Shown here: in pieces, positions 51,793 through 62,105 of the stretch
Layout of the letters: each line of letters starts with the position of its first letter
How positions within the stretch are numbered: the first letter of the stretch is position 1
Source of the DNA: Hypanus sabinus
Lineage: Eukaryota
Reading direction: 5' to 3'
NCBI RefSeq assembly: GCF_030144855.1
Contig: NC_082712.1
Coordinates: 9,734,001 to 9,798,000 of the forward strand
DNA: 64,000 nt
Made by a program: the position numbers and the translations under genes
Notes under the pieces: model-generated
What the model was told of the DNA's origin: nothing
What the model saw: only the letters and a program-made list of their open reading frames with translations
Databases searched by the model: none

Positions 51793-52435
51793 TAATCAGT
51801 TGACTTTCGGGCCTAACCTTTCATAATGTCTCCTAATATAAATTGTCAATGGGATCAGCACAACACTGTAAGACGAATGGCCTGTCAGTGTTGTGCTGCT
51901 TTCTGCTCTGTGTTTCAGCAGAGACACAGAGAGATTTAGAATTCTACAACTCTGAACTCACGGTTCTAATTTGAACCAATTTTTGATCCCACCCCTGTTG
52001 CCCCGGCGATATATATTTTATCACTCCGTCTCTCACTGCAAGGGAGGGAAACCATGGTGACCACATTGCACACACACTATGGACATGAAAGGGTAACCTT
52101 TATGCTCGTTCTATGTGGTGTGTGGCCTTCACAGGTCCCTTAAGTTCTATGTGGAAAGATACGACGGGAATTAAAACGGGGGTGGGGAGAGAGGGGGGAC
52201 GGAGGGACAGAGGTTTGGAGGGAGGGACAGAGGTTTGGAGAGGGGAGAGAGGGGAGGGGGAGAGGGGGAGAGAGGGGGAGGGAGAAGGAGAGCGATCTTA
52301 CTTCCTGGTATCCATGTTTTACCTAGTTACCGACCATGAGCCTGAGAGAGAGAGAGAGAGCGGGGAAAGGGACCTACCTGAGATGACCACCGCCGTCAGG
52401 AGTATTAGGCAGAGCAGGAGGGAAGGGGAGGTCAT
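21500..52435 (-). CDS. SIGLEC15-like: Siglec-15-like type I membrane Ig receptor (signal-V-C2-TM-repeat tail), 5 coding exons, 418 aa, whole-gene span
   Basis: Exons of 58+399+393+31+376 = 1257 nt join in frame, with GT/AG boundaries and phases 1,1,1,2. V domain LPC...W...GRYKLAGDPRKGNAAL...YFCRVE and C2 domain CLAEGQPSPNIIW...GNYTCLAVN closely resemble human SIGLEC15 (recalled as LPCTFT...GRFRLLGNPRRND...YFCRVEF; CTAEGEPPPALAW...GRYTCTAAN). Orthology versus paralogy is not established. Confidence 0.85.
23920..25348 (+). mobile_element. L1-clade LINE 3' fragment (ORF2 C-terminal zf-RVT, T-rich 3'UTR, A-rich tail)
   Basis: ORF 23956..24894 with CDKC...HMFWSC; tail aataataaaaagatttagaaagaaaagaaaag. 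A related UTR fragment lies at about 27340-27695. Confidence 0.85.
25725..26200 (+). mobile_element. Tc1/mariner transposon remnant
   Basis: MIVGARLGGLRISETDDLLGFPHTTVSRVHREWCEK paired-like HTH. Confidence 0.75.
26545..26575 (-). CDS. SIGLEC15-like: Exon 4: 31-nt micro-exon (G)RAEFNSTRK(S)
   Basis: Strong pyrimidine tract tctctcctttcttcttccag|, donor AAAG|GTATGA. The 31-nt length converts phase 1 to phase 2, exactly as needed to join exon 3 to the last exon without a stop. Confidence 0.85.
28985..30347 (+). mobile_element. CR1 5'-truncated copy, same young subfamily as 12908-14841
   Basis: Near-identical protein and DNA (ESIIKDEI...DSSDRIGPSQH; EAGNMFQMLGESSTRGHGLRI) and the same 3' end tacttctgcacctattg. 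Confidence 0.92.
31510..31902 (-). CDS. SIGLEC15-like: Exon 3: C2-set Ig domain plus transmembrane helix
   Basis: Acceptor ccatcctttctcag|GT, donor AGCG|GTGAGT, 393 nt, phase 1-1. Reads APIILRVYV...ECLAEGQPSPNIIW...NYTCLAVN...WLIYIIGILVGSVLVVIVLVIALVML-RRRS. Confidence 0.92.
32000..32600 (+). mobile_element. Rex1/Babar 3' fragment
   Basis: DVYTERCSRRRASNIMKDPTHPAHGLSIPLPTGRRLHSIHSRTTRFKN. Related pieces at about 6930-7250, 11330-11690, 35560-35900, 39400-39840, 43620-44230, 53760-54130 and 57520-58420. Confidence 0.7.
34604..35370. repeat. G-rich minisatellite (about 11 units of 66-74 bp) amplified inside a Penelope end
   Basis: Recurrent gtgagacagtgggaggtgataggtgagaccag...gggg(g)aaggt...gggaggggtgaa, flanked by the PLE head (34410-34560) and the PLE purine tract. 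Confidence 0.9.
36850..37240 (+). mobile_element. CR1 3' fragment
   Basis: QRIFARMLPALEDLSYREWLNRLGLYSL. Similar fragments at about 33700-34050, 41070-41960 and 42190-42620. Confidence 0.8.
38756..39154 (-). CDS. SIGLEC15-like: Exon 2: V-set Ig domain (Siglec type) with conserved Arg
   Basis: Acceptor tttatccctacag|GG, donor TTGG|GTAAAT, 399 nt, phase 1-1. Contains Cys45, Trp63, Cys127 and Arg128 (CGT at 38831-38829). Lies within ORF 38574..39233. Confidence 0.93.
43195..43470. promoter_or_regulatory. Candidate intronic immune enhancer with exact 38-bp duplication
   Basis: agcttttctcttgaggaaaggatttcccccactgctct occurs at 43261-43298 and 43341-43378. Also CAGGAAA ETS cores, RUNX AACCACA (43446-43452) and ETS ACTTCCGG (43457-43464). 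Confidence 0.4.
45280..48960 (+). mobile_element. Old near full-length CR1, heavily degraded
   Basis: ORF1 remnant (45340-45720), APE remnant (gtatttaaatgtaggcagcattcggaataagg), RT QHGFCQGKSC and IYLDFQKAFDKVP, and 3' end. Confidence 0.85.
48965..51330 (+). mobile_element. Penelope-like element (RT plus GIY-YIG remnants) with an inverted 3' part at 48965-49500 and a terminal hammerhead motif
   Basis: TMDVQS RT-type motif near 49710 and FLHIHHIC (cf. QFLRLRRIC) in ORF 49993..50721. GIY-YIG end HFNSTSHSHS. CAGTC-CTGATGA...GAAA...GACTG at 51227-51264. Confidence 0.8.
51746..51789. repeat. (CA)n microsatellite
   Basis: Direct reading. Confidence 0.95.
52378..52435 (-). CDS. SIGLEC15-like: Exon 1: signal peptide MTSPSLLLCLILLTAVVIS(G)
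   Basis: ATG at 52435-52433, 19 hydrophobic codons plus 1 nt, donor TCAG|GTAGGT. It sits in a CpG-rich island, and the phase-1 end matches the V exon. Linkage to the V exon 13 kb away is inferred. Confidence 0.8.
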
Positions 52436-52830
52436 CCTCACTCCGTGGACTCAGGCGCGCAATCTCGGAGACTCGGCGACTTGGCGGGGCGGTTTCTTCC
52501 CCTCTCTGATCTCAGCAAAAACCGAAAGTGAAGCCGTTATCAGCTTCCTGCGCGTTGTGTAAAGTCCCTCGTTCAACTCCCGGTGAAGGATGAAAGACTC
52601 GTCGTGCCCCACCTCTCCACGGGACTGATCCGACCGGCTCCGTCGCTGAACCGCCTGATCAACCGGACTCTCCGCTCACCAACACTACCCGAGATCGAGA
52701 CTCTTCCGGCCTCTGCAACTCTCCCCGCTTCCTTAAAATGAAACGCACTGTGGCCGGCTGGACCTGCGGCGGCTCTGGAGACTCCTCTGCCAGCCGTCTT
52801 TCCCAGGATCAGCAGGGCGTGTAGGAATTC
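52380..52830 (-). promoter_or_regulatory. CpG-rich promoter/5'UTR region of the Siglec-15-like gene
   Basis: Locally high CG dinucleotide density in otherwise CpG-depleted DNA. GC box GGCGGGGCGG at about 52483-52492 and ETS-like CTTCCTG sites, directly upstream of the leader ATG. Confidence 0.65.
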
Positions 52831-54346
52831 TGAAGAGCAAAACCAAGGGGCAACCTCCCTCTGTGAGGGTTAATCTCGGCCCACAAAATGTGCGATACAG
52901 TCTTCCTCCTTGGAAATTCCAAGGGTAATTTTTCTTAAGTACAGGAAGCAGGTTAGATAACATGTGCAACATTACCTCATTAATTTCAAGCCACTCTGCC
53001 TGCCACGAGGAACGAGGGGAGAAACCTTCAGAGGGAAAAACATTGCATTCAGAAGAAAGTGTGAATCTCAAGAGGATGAGACTTTCCATACAATTGCAGA
53101 GGTCTCTGGGTCTGAAGAAGGGAAAATCCAGCGGCGGTGGCAGTGGGGATAATTGATGGGAGGGAACCTTTTGGAATCTTCAATCCAGTGATCCCTTCAA
53201 CAGAATCCAGCACGGATATAGACCCTTCGGCCCAACGAATCCTTGCCGACCACCTTCTGGTCCCAATTTATAAACAAAAGAGATTGTGCAGATGCTGGAA
53301 CTCCAGAGTTATGCCCTTAAAATGCTGGAGGAACTCAACAAGGCGGGCAGCACCTATGGAGGGGGAATAAACCGTTGATGTTTTGGGCCGGGGGAGAAGT
53401 CTCTAGTATTTTGTATGCGTCCTCTGGTCCCAATTTCCTGCGTTCGGCCCATATCCAGGCTCATCCCCTCCACGTACTTTATTGGAATGGTTCTTAAATA
53501 ATACTATTTTACCCCCTCAACCACTTCCTCTTAAAGCTGAAACTCAAAAAGTTGTCTCGCGGGCTCCTTTTAAATGTTACCCCTCTAACAATGAACACCC
53601 GCCATCTAGTCTTGGAATTTTTTCACGCTGGGGGAAAGACTATTACTGTCCATCTTATCTAACCGGAAACATTAATAGGTGTTCAAAGTTCATGGTAAAT
53701 TTATTATCGGAGTGCATATGTCATTATTCCAACCCTGAGATTTTTTTGTGGAGTGGGAGGTGTTTCTCCCTCCACAGATGTTGCCTAAACCGCCAGCTGT
53801 TTGCAGCATTTACAGTGGCGAGATGAAACCCAGCACAATCTCTTTGACTCCCCACCATCAGGCTGGAGGTACCGGAGGATTAGGACAAGGACTGTTAGGA
53901 TGGGAAACAGCTTCCTCCCCCAGGCTGTGAGACCACTGAACTCCCTGCCACCACCCGGGTCTCATGACGTGTGAAGCGCCAGTAACGTTATACTGCGTAC
54001 ATGTTAACTTGTATCTTATATACACCCTAAGATTTGTTAATTTATTTACGGTAAGGTTACTTTATCTGGTTTGTGTGCGAGTTATACGTTGTGTGCATAG
54101 GTTCGGAGGAACGTTGTTTCGTTTGGCGGCGTTCAGTTGAAAGAACTTGAAGAGAAGATTGCTTCCCAGAGCGTTCAATGGCAGAGGGCGCCAGGTCGGG
54201 AACTGTTTGTGGGGAACACTCTGCGCCTCCAGCAGAAGAAGAACTCCTAATCTCGATCTGCCGGTTTCCTGATTGCTTTTGTTTGGCGTCGCGACTCCCG
54301 AGTTTAGCAAACACTGCATGAGAGACGCGGCGGGGCGCGCCTGAAT

Positions 54347-54372
54347 GGGGAAACCCCAGTGAGGGAAACCCC
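54347..54372. promoter_or_regulatory. Two tandem NF-kB consensus sites (GGGGAAACCCC; GGGAAACCCC)
   Basis: Both match GGGRNWYYCC. They lie in a second CpG-rich patch (about 54150-54540), about 1.9 kb upstream of the ATG. Confidence 0.5.
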
Positions 54373-55249
54373 ACTCATCAGCTACCCCAGCTTGGCTTCT
54401 GAAAGGCAAGCGGCGTGGATTCCTACCACTGCCCTCTCCCCCAGTTCCCCCGAGCTCAGGCGGTATTTTTTGTGTGTCAAAACCAATCTCAACAATAACA
54501 TTATCCTCCCATGTACGTTCAGCTCGCCGCCTAACATACAAATTTGGGTAAGTCCAGACAATTCATAGGCGTTAAGAAGTTTCTGCAGGCTTCAAATCAC
54601 TTAAGAATCAATTAAATTTCTCTCGCAATATAGAAAACCAACTGCTGTCAGCTGTCAGGTCAGCAGAAAAGGTCACTGCCTGCAGTCTACCGCCATTGAC
54701 TGCTCAGGATAAAGAAACAGGCAGGAAAAATAATTACCAACACTGCACATCCAACAAGCTGCTTTTTCCAAATGCTCCCCATGGGAAAGTACTGTAGGGC
54801 TATTAAAATAAAAACTTTAAAAGTTTCTCCCTCAGACAGTTAATCTGAACAACCATTCAACTTCTGTACTTCTCTGTGAATACTTTAAACCACTTCTTAT
54901 TATGTTGTTTACATTGTAAACAGAGTACATACTGGTATTTATGAAAAAAAAATCCATGTCTGTAGTTTATTGTCTAACTTTGTTTTATATATTTTTAATA
55001 TAATTGTTGAAAGTTGCCTTTGATGCATGTCGGGCCCTGACCAACACAGCCCGTTGGGACGGTACCCAGCCATCTCTGACAGATAGAAGAGATACCCGCG
55101 GGAGATATGCAGCAACAAGTGGGAGGAACGCTGCAGTGAGCACAGAAGCCTAGGCCCGGATGGAGCTGCCATAGCTGCAAACCTTGTTGGTAGTAGCAAA
55201 CGTTCTAACCGGATCCTTGAAGGCTGAAACAGTTTTATCTGTTTGATGA

Positions 55250-57500
55250 GATTTGGTATAAGATCATAAGATATAGGAGCAGAATTAGACCATTTTGGCC
55301 CATTGCTTCTCTGCTATTTTATCATGGCTGATCTAATTTTCCTGTTAACCCCAATCTCCTGCCTTCTCCCGGTATACCTTCAAGCCCCGAACAATCAAGA
55401 ATCTATTCAACCTCTGCCTTAAATATACATAAAGACTTGGCCTTCACTGCAACCTGTGACAAAGAATTCCACAGATTCACCACTCTCTAGTTAAAGAAAT
55501 GCCTTCTCATATCCATAAAATGTCCTCCAATCTGGGGCTGTGTCCTCTGGTCTTAGACTCTCCCACCATAAGAAACATTCTCTCTACATCCACTCTATCA
55601 AGGCCTTACACCATTGGATAGGTTTCAATGAGGTCCTCCTTCATCCTTCTGAATTCTCGAGAATACAGGCCCAGAACCATCAAATGCTCTTCATATGACA
55701 AGCCATTCAATCCTGGAATCATTTTCATGAACCTCCTTTGAACCCTCTCCAGTTTCAGCACATCCTTTTTAAGATAAAGGGCCCAAACCTGCTTATAATA
55801 CTCCGTGAGGTCTCACCAGTGCTTTATAAAGTTTTAACATTACATCCTTGCTTTTATATTCTAGTCCTCTTGAAACGAATGCTAACATTGCATTTGCCTT
55901 CCTCACCACAGACTCAACCGGCAAATTAACCTTTAGGGAATCCCAAGTCCCTTTGCACTTTTTTTTTGTATTTTCTCTCCACTTAGAAAATAATCAACTG
56001 TTTCATTTCTTCCACCAAAGTACATGACCATACACTTCCCAACACTGTATTACATCTGCCATTTCTTTGCCCATTTTCTTAATCTAAGTCCTTCTGTAGT
56101 CACTACTTCCTCATAACTACAGACTTCAAATCACTTCCTCATAACTACCCACCCCTCCACCAATCTCCATATCATCTGTATGCTTTGCAATAAAGCCATC
56201 AATTTCATCATGCAAATCATTAATATAAAACTTAGAAAGCATCAGTCCTAACACAGACTCCTGTAGAACACCACTAGTCACCGGCAGCCAGTCAGAAAAG
56301 CTTCCCTTCAATCCCAGTCTTTGCCTCCTGCCAATCAGCCACTGCTTTATCCATTCTAGAAACTTTCCTGCAATACCATGGGCTCGTAGCTTGTTAAGCA
56401 GCCTCAAGTATGGCACCTTGACAAAGGCCTTCTGAATACCCAAGTACACAACATGAAGCGATTCTTCTTTGTCTAACCTGCCTGTTATTTCATCAAAGAA
56501 TTCCAACAGATTTGTCAGGCAACATTTTCCTTTAGGGAAACCATGTTGACTACAGCCTATTTTATCATGTGCCTCCGTACCCCAAGACCTCATCATTAAT
56601 AATCGATTCCAACATCTTCCCAACCACTGAGTTAAGACCAACTGGTCTATAGTTTCCTTTCTTCTGTCTTTCTCTCTTCTTGAAAAGTGAAGTTCCATTT
56701 GCAATTTTCCAGTCTTCTGGAACCATTCCCGAGTCTAGTGAGTCTTGAAAGATCGTTACTAATGCCTCCATGATATCTTCAGCCACCTTTTTCAGAACCC
56801 TGGGGTGTACAGCATCTGATGCATGTAACATATCTACCTTCAGACTTTTCAGAAATTTCCCAAGAAAATTGTATCTAGTTTTGGTAACTTCACACACTTC
56901 ATATCCCTTGGCACCTGGAACTTCCACCATACTGCTAGTGTCTTCCACAGTGAAGATTGATGCAAAGCACTTTTCAGTTCATCCGCCATTTCCTTATTTC
57001 CCATTAATACCTCTCCAGAATCGTTTTCCAGCAGTCCAGTATCCACTCTCACCTCTCTTTTACACCACATGTATCTGAAGTAACTTTTTGGTATCCTCTA
57101 TTATTATTGGCTAGCTTACTTTTGTGTTCTATCTTTATCTTCTTAATGACATTTTTAGTTGTCTTTTGTTGATTTTTAAAAGCTTCCCAATCTTCTACTT
57201 GTCACTATTTTTCGCTCTATTATATGACCTGTCTTTGGCTTTTATGTTGGCTTTGACTTCTCTTGTTAGCCACGGTTGTATCATCTTTCCTTTAGAATTC
57301 TTCTTCCTCTTTGGGATGTATATATCCTGTGCCTTCTGGATTCATTTCAGAAATTCCAGCCATTGCTGCTCTGTTGTCATTCCTGCCACTTTTCTTTACC
57401 AATCAATTCTCATGCCTCGGTAATCCGCTTTACTCCACTGTAATATTGATACATCTGATTTTAGCTTCTCCTTCTCGAATAACACCAAAAACTGGCAAAT
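55250..57500 (-). mobile_element. Degraded CR1 LINE
   Basis: QHGFPKGKCCLTNLLEFF, VYLGIQKAFVKVP and HPRVLKKVAEDI. Confidence 0.85.
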
Positions 57501-57858
57501 TTCTACAGATGTTCCATGGAGAGCATTCTGACTGGTCACGTCACAGTCTGGTATGGAGGGGCCACTGCATTAGATCGAAAAAGCTGCAGAAAGTATAAAC
57601 ACAGCCAGCTCCATCATGGGCACTAGCCTCCCCAGCATTAGTCCCACTATTCAGGACATTTAGAAAGACAGGTGTGTAAAAAGGGCCTGAAGAATCATTG
57701 GGGACCCGAGTCATCCCAACCACAAACTGTTCCAGCTATAACCACCCAGGAAATGGTACCACAGCATAAAAGCCAGGATCAACAGGCTCCGAAACAACTT
57801 CTTCCACCAGGCCATCAGACTATTTATCTCATGCTGACGCAACTGTATTTCTATGTTA

Positions 57859-58093
57859 AAAAATGCGAAATGCTGGCAGAACTCAGCAGGCCGGTCAGCA
57901 TCTATGGGAGGAGGTAATAACGACGTTTCGGGCCGAAACCCTTCATCAGGAGGGTTTCCTGATGACTCCTGATGAAGGGTTTCGGCCCGAAACGTCGTTA
58001 TTACCTCCTCCCATAGATGCTGTCTGGCCTGCTGAGTTCTGCCAGCATTTTGTGTTTTTTATTTATTTCCAGCATCTGCAGATTCACTCGTGT
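57859..58093. mobile_element. 235-bp hairpin retro-insertion with twin hammerhead cores and 15-bp TSD
   Basis: TSD TGTATTTCTATGTTA at 57844-57858 and 58094-58108. Arms 57868-57952 and 57966-58050 (83/85 complementary), 13-nt loop. Confidence 0.85.
57969..57996 (+). ncRNA. Minimal type I hammerhead ribozyme core (mirror copy on minus strand at 57922-57949)
   Basis: CTGATGA-A-GGG-TTTCGG-CCC-GAAACGTC contains the intact CUGAUGA and GAAA boxes, helix II and palindromic ACGT helix III. Helix I pairing is imperfect. Confidence 0.7.
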
Positions 58094-58448
58094 TGTATTT
58101 CTATGTTATATTGACTATCCTGTTGTACATAGTATTTATTATAATTCACTATAAATTGCACATTGCACATTTAGATGGAGTCATAGCATAAAGATTTTTA
58201 CTCTTCGTGCATATGAAGGATGTAAATAATTAAGTCAATTCAATTCATCAAAAGGTGATGCCTGAAAAAGGTGGCATCCATCATCAGGGACCCAAACACC
58301 CAGGACTTGCCCCCTTCCTATTGTTACCATCAGAGGGGAGGTACAGAAGCGTGAAGACACACAACCAATGATTCAGGAACAACTTCTTCCCATCCACCAT
58401 TAGATTTTTGAATGGTCCATGAAATAATCCATACTATCTCACTATTTT

Positions 58449-58542
58449 GGTGGAATACAGCAGGCCAGGCAGCATCTATAGGGAGAAGCACTGTTGACAG
58501 TACTTCTCCCTATAGATGCTGCCTGGCCTGCTGTGTTCCACC
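58449..58542. repeat. 46-bp-arm hairpin, collapsed sister of the twin-hammerhead element
   Basis: ggtggaatacagcaggccaggcagcatctatagggagaagcactgt-tg-acagtacttctccctatagatgctgcctggcctgctgtgttccacc, with 2 mismatches. Confidence 0.85.
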
Positions 58543-59149
58543 AACATTTTGTGTGTGTTGCTTGAATTTCCAGCATCTGCAGATTTCCTCACGTTTGCTA
58601 TCTCGGTATTTTGCTCTCTTTTTACTCTACTTATTTATTTTTAAAAATTATACAGTATTTCTTATTGTAACTTAGTAACTTGTTATGCATTGCATTATAC
58701 TGCTGCTCAGTCATTATACTTTCTCATTTCACATAGACACCACTCTTTGTCTAAAAGGGTTGCCCCTCAAACTCTTAGAATGGTGGTTAGCATAACACTT
58801 CAGAGTACTAGTGACCCAGGTTCAATACCCACCACTGTCTGTAAGGTGCTTGTACTGTACATTATCCCCATGACCGCACGAGTTTTCTCCAGGTGCTGAT
58901 GTTGCATCCCACAGTTTAAAGACGTACTGTTTGGTGGGTTAATTGGTTATTGTAAATTGTCCCACGATTAGGTTAGGGTTAAATTGGGGGTTGCGGCCAG
59001 TGTGGTTTAAAGGGCCGGATAGGAGCTACTCCAGTTGTATCTCCATAAATAAATAAATAAGAAGAAATCTTTCCCCTCTCACCTTAAACCTATGCCCTTT
59101 ATTTCTTTTAATTCTCCAGAGTGCAGCTTAGAAACATAGAAACATAGAA

Positions 59150-59990
59150 AACTTATTCCCAAACTTACTCAAGCTCAGGTGGCAAGAGTTACAGTCTTAC
59201 GATGGTATGTAAGAAAGTTCAATTCAATGCGCAGGTTAATTAATGTGAGATATTTGTAATCCAAAGGCGCATGTTGTGAGAAGGCAATTAAGTCAATATT
59301 CCACAGATTCCACGACAGCAATGCAAAATAACAATGGCAGTAGGTTTTATCTCCAAAGTTGTTCAACTCCACACACAAAGTATCACCAACAGTGATCTTC
59401 AATGAATATCCTTTCAATACAAGTGGTATCACACCCAAATTCAGCTACAGGACATCCCACAGGATACTCAAACTGAATCCATGTATGGATTATCACAAAG
59501 AGGACCCTCTTCCAGGGAAAACTAGCACTCAGGCAAGGGTAGACACACTGGTAGATTCCACAAGGTTACCCCAACCACACAACGTGATAGCCACTTACCA
59601 CAGTTCCATGACACACAAAATAACTCCAACAGTGATTTGCCATAGGGGTGCCTTCTTCAGTGAAATACCACACCCAGACAAGGGTAAACACACAAGTGCT
59701 ATTCACAAAGGTTTCCCCCTTACCAGAAAACCCACTCCTGTGGATTAACTATGTGACAATCACACTTTCGTATTCGAATGGAATCAAACTCACCCTTACG
59801 GGCTACTTGAAGAGAGTCCAAACAGTGACCTCTTTGTCATTAGGTTTCTTCTGTTTCAAACCTTCCTGTCCTCTCCTCTCCTGTCTGCAAACTTCTTCTA
59901 GTTGCAGCACTTGTGAGAGTCATTTATCGATCTCAACTCACCCCTTTGGGAGTTTAAACCAGTGACCGACTCACTGGTGTCTTTCATTGA
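59150..59990. mobile_element. LTR-related fragment similar to 10145-10400
   Basis: Shared motifs such as actcaggcaagggtagacacac versus acccaggcgagggtggacacac. Boundaries are approximate. Confidence 0.45.
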
Positions 59991-60009
59991 CTGAAACCAT
60001 CTTGACTCT

Positions 60010-60600
60010 GACTAGCAACACACACAAAACGCTGGTGGAACGCAGCAGGCCAGGCAGCATCTATAGGGAGAAGTACAGTCGATGTTTCGGGCCGAGACCC
60101 TTCGTCAGGACTAACTGAGAGAAAAGATAGTAAGAGATTTGAAAGTAGTGGGGGGAGGGGGAAATGCGAAATGATAGGAGAAGACCAGAGGGGGTGGGAT
60201 GAAGCTGAGAGCTGGAAAGGTGATTGACAAAAGGGATGCAGAGCTGGAGAAGGGAAGGGATCATGGGACGGGAGGCCGAGGAAGAAAGAAGGGGGGAGGG
60301 GAGCACCAGAGGGAGATGTAGAACAGGCTGAGTGATGGGCAGAGAGAGAGAAAAAAAAGGGGGAGAGGGGAAAAAACCTAAATATATCAGGGATGGGGTA
60401 AGAAGGGGAGGAGGGGCATAAGAGAAGTCAGTGTTCATGACATCATGTTGGAGGCTACCCAGCTGTAGGAAATGGACCAGATAAATTTGAGGGCAGGGTA
60501 TCAGGTAAATTTGAGGGCAGGGCTGAGGCCACACTCGGGTTGGAGGAACAACACCTTATATACCAGCTGGGTAGCCTCCAATCTGCTGTTCCACCAGCAT
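60010..60600 (-). mobile_element. Penelope terminal fragment with hammerhead motif at 60076-60113
   Basis: The minus strand reads TAGTC-CTGACGA-AGGGTCTCGGCCC-GAAACATC-GACTG. Confidence 0.7.
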
Positions 60601-60949
60601 TTTGTGTGTGTTGCTTGAATTTCCAGCATCTGTAGATTTCCTCGTATTGACTCTGACTATATGTGTCTCTCTGTCTGTGAGAGAATCATCTGACCTTGCT
60701 TATTCAAAACAAGCTGTGAACTTGTATATACAATCGATTGCCCATCAAATGACTCTTCCTCTCTTCCACCAAGGCAACCCAGAAGCCAACAGCAGTTCTG
60801 TAGTGCCCTTGTATAAGTCCAAACATGAGCTGCTCACCATAGCAACCCAGCAATTTTATATTCAGTAGAAATCCAACAGTGTCCAAAAGTCAGTATCATT
60901 CCCTTAGTGTTTTAAAGTGACAGCCCACAGAAAAAACTGAACCCGAGGG

Positions 60950-62105
60950 GTATTTAACATTTTGAAACTATGAAGCTTACCTCTATTATTCTAAGCTCCC
61001 TGTACCAATCCAGGAGTCTCTTACAAGACCCTGTCATATCCGCCTCCACCACCATTGCCAGCAGCCCATTCCATGCATTCACTATTCTTTGCATAAAAAA
61101 CTTACCCCTGACATCTCCTCTGTACATACTTCCAAGCACCTTAAACCTATTCCCTCTTGTGGTAGCCATTTCAGCCCTGGGGAAAAGCCTCCGACTATCC
61201 ACACAATCAATGCCTCTCATCATCTTATACACCTCTATCAGGTCACCTCTCATCGTCCTTCACTCCAAGGAGAAAAGGCTGAGTTCACTCAACCTGTTTT
61301 CATAAGGCATGCTCCCCAATCCAGGCAAAATCTCCTCTCCACCCTTTCTATGGTTTCCACATACATCTGTAGTGAGATGACCAGAACTGAGCACAGTACT
61401 CCAAGTGGGGTCTGACCAGGGTCCTATATAGCTGCAACATTACCTCTCGACTCTTAAACTCAATCCCACGATTGATGAAGGCCAACGCACCATAGGTCTT
61501 CTTAACCAGAGTCAACCTGCGTAGCAGCTTTGAGTGTCCTATACACTCGGACCCCAAGATCCTGCTAATCCTCCACACTGCCAAGAGTCTTACCATTAAT
61601 ACTACATTCTGCCGTCATATTTAACTTAACAAAATGAACCACTTCACACTTATCTGGGTTGAACTCCATCTGCCACTTCTCAGCCCAGTTTTGCATCCTA
61701 TCGATGTCCTGCTGTAACCTCTGACAGCCCTCCACACTATCCACAGCACCTCCAACTTTTGTATCATCAGCAAACTTATTAACCCATCCCTCCACTTCCT
61801 CATCCAGGTCATTGATAAAAATCACGAAGAGTAAGGGTCACAGAACAGATCCCTGAGGCACACCACTGGTCACCGACCTCCATGCAGAATATGACCTGTC
61901 TACACCCACTCTTTGCCTTCTGTGGGCAAGCCAGTTCTGGATCCACAAAGCAATGTCCCCTTGGATCCCATGCCTCCTTATTTTCTCAATAAGCCTTGCA
62001 TGGGACACCTTATCAAATGCCTTGCTGAAAGCCATATACACTACATCTATTGCTTTTCCTTCATCAATGTGTTTAGCCACAACTCAAAAAATTCTATCAG
62101 GCTTG
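60950..62105 (-). mobile_element. CR1 fragment interrupted by Gypsy LTR
   Basis: VYMAFSKAFDKVSH, KFADDTKVGG and RPHLEYCAQFW. The sequence is cut at the LTR start. Confidence 0.88.
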
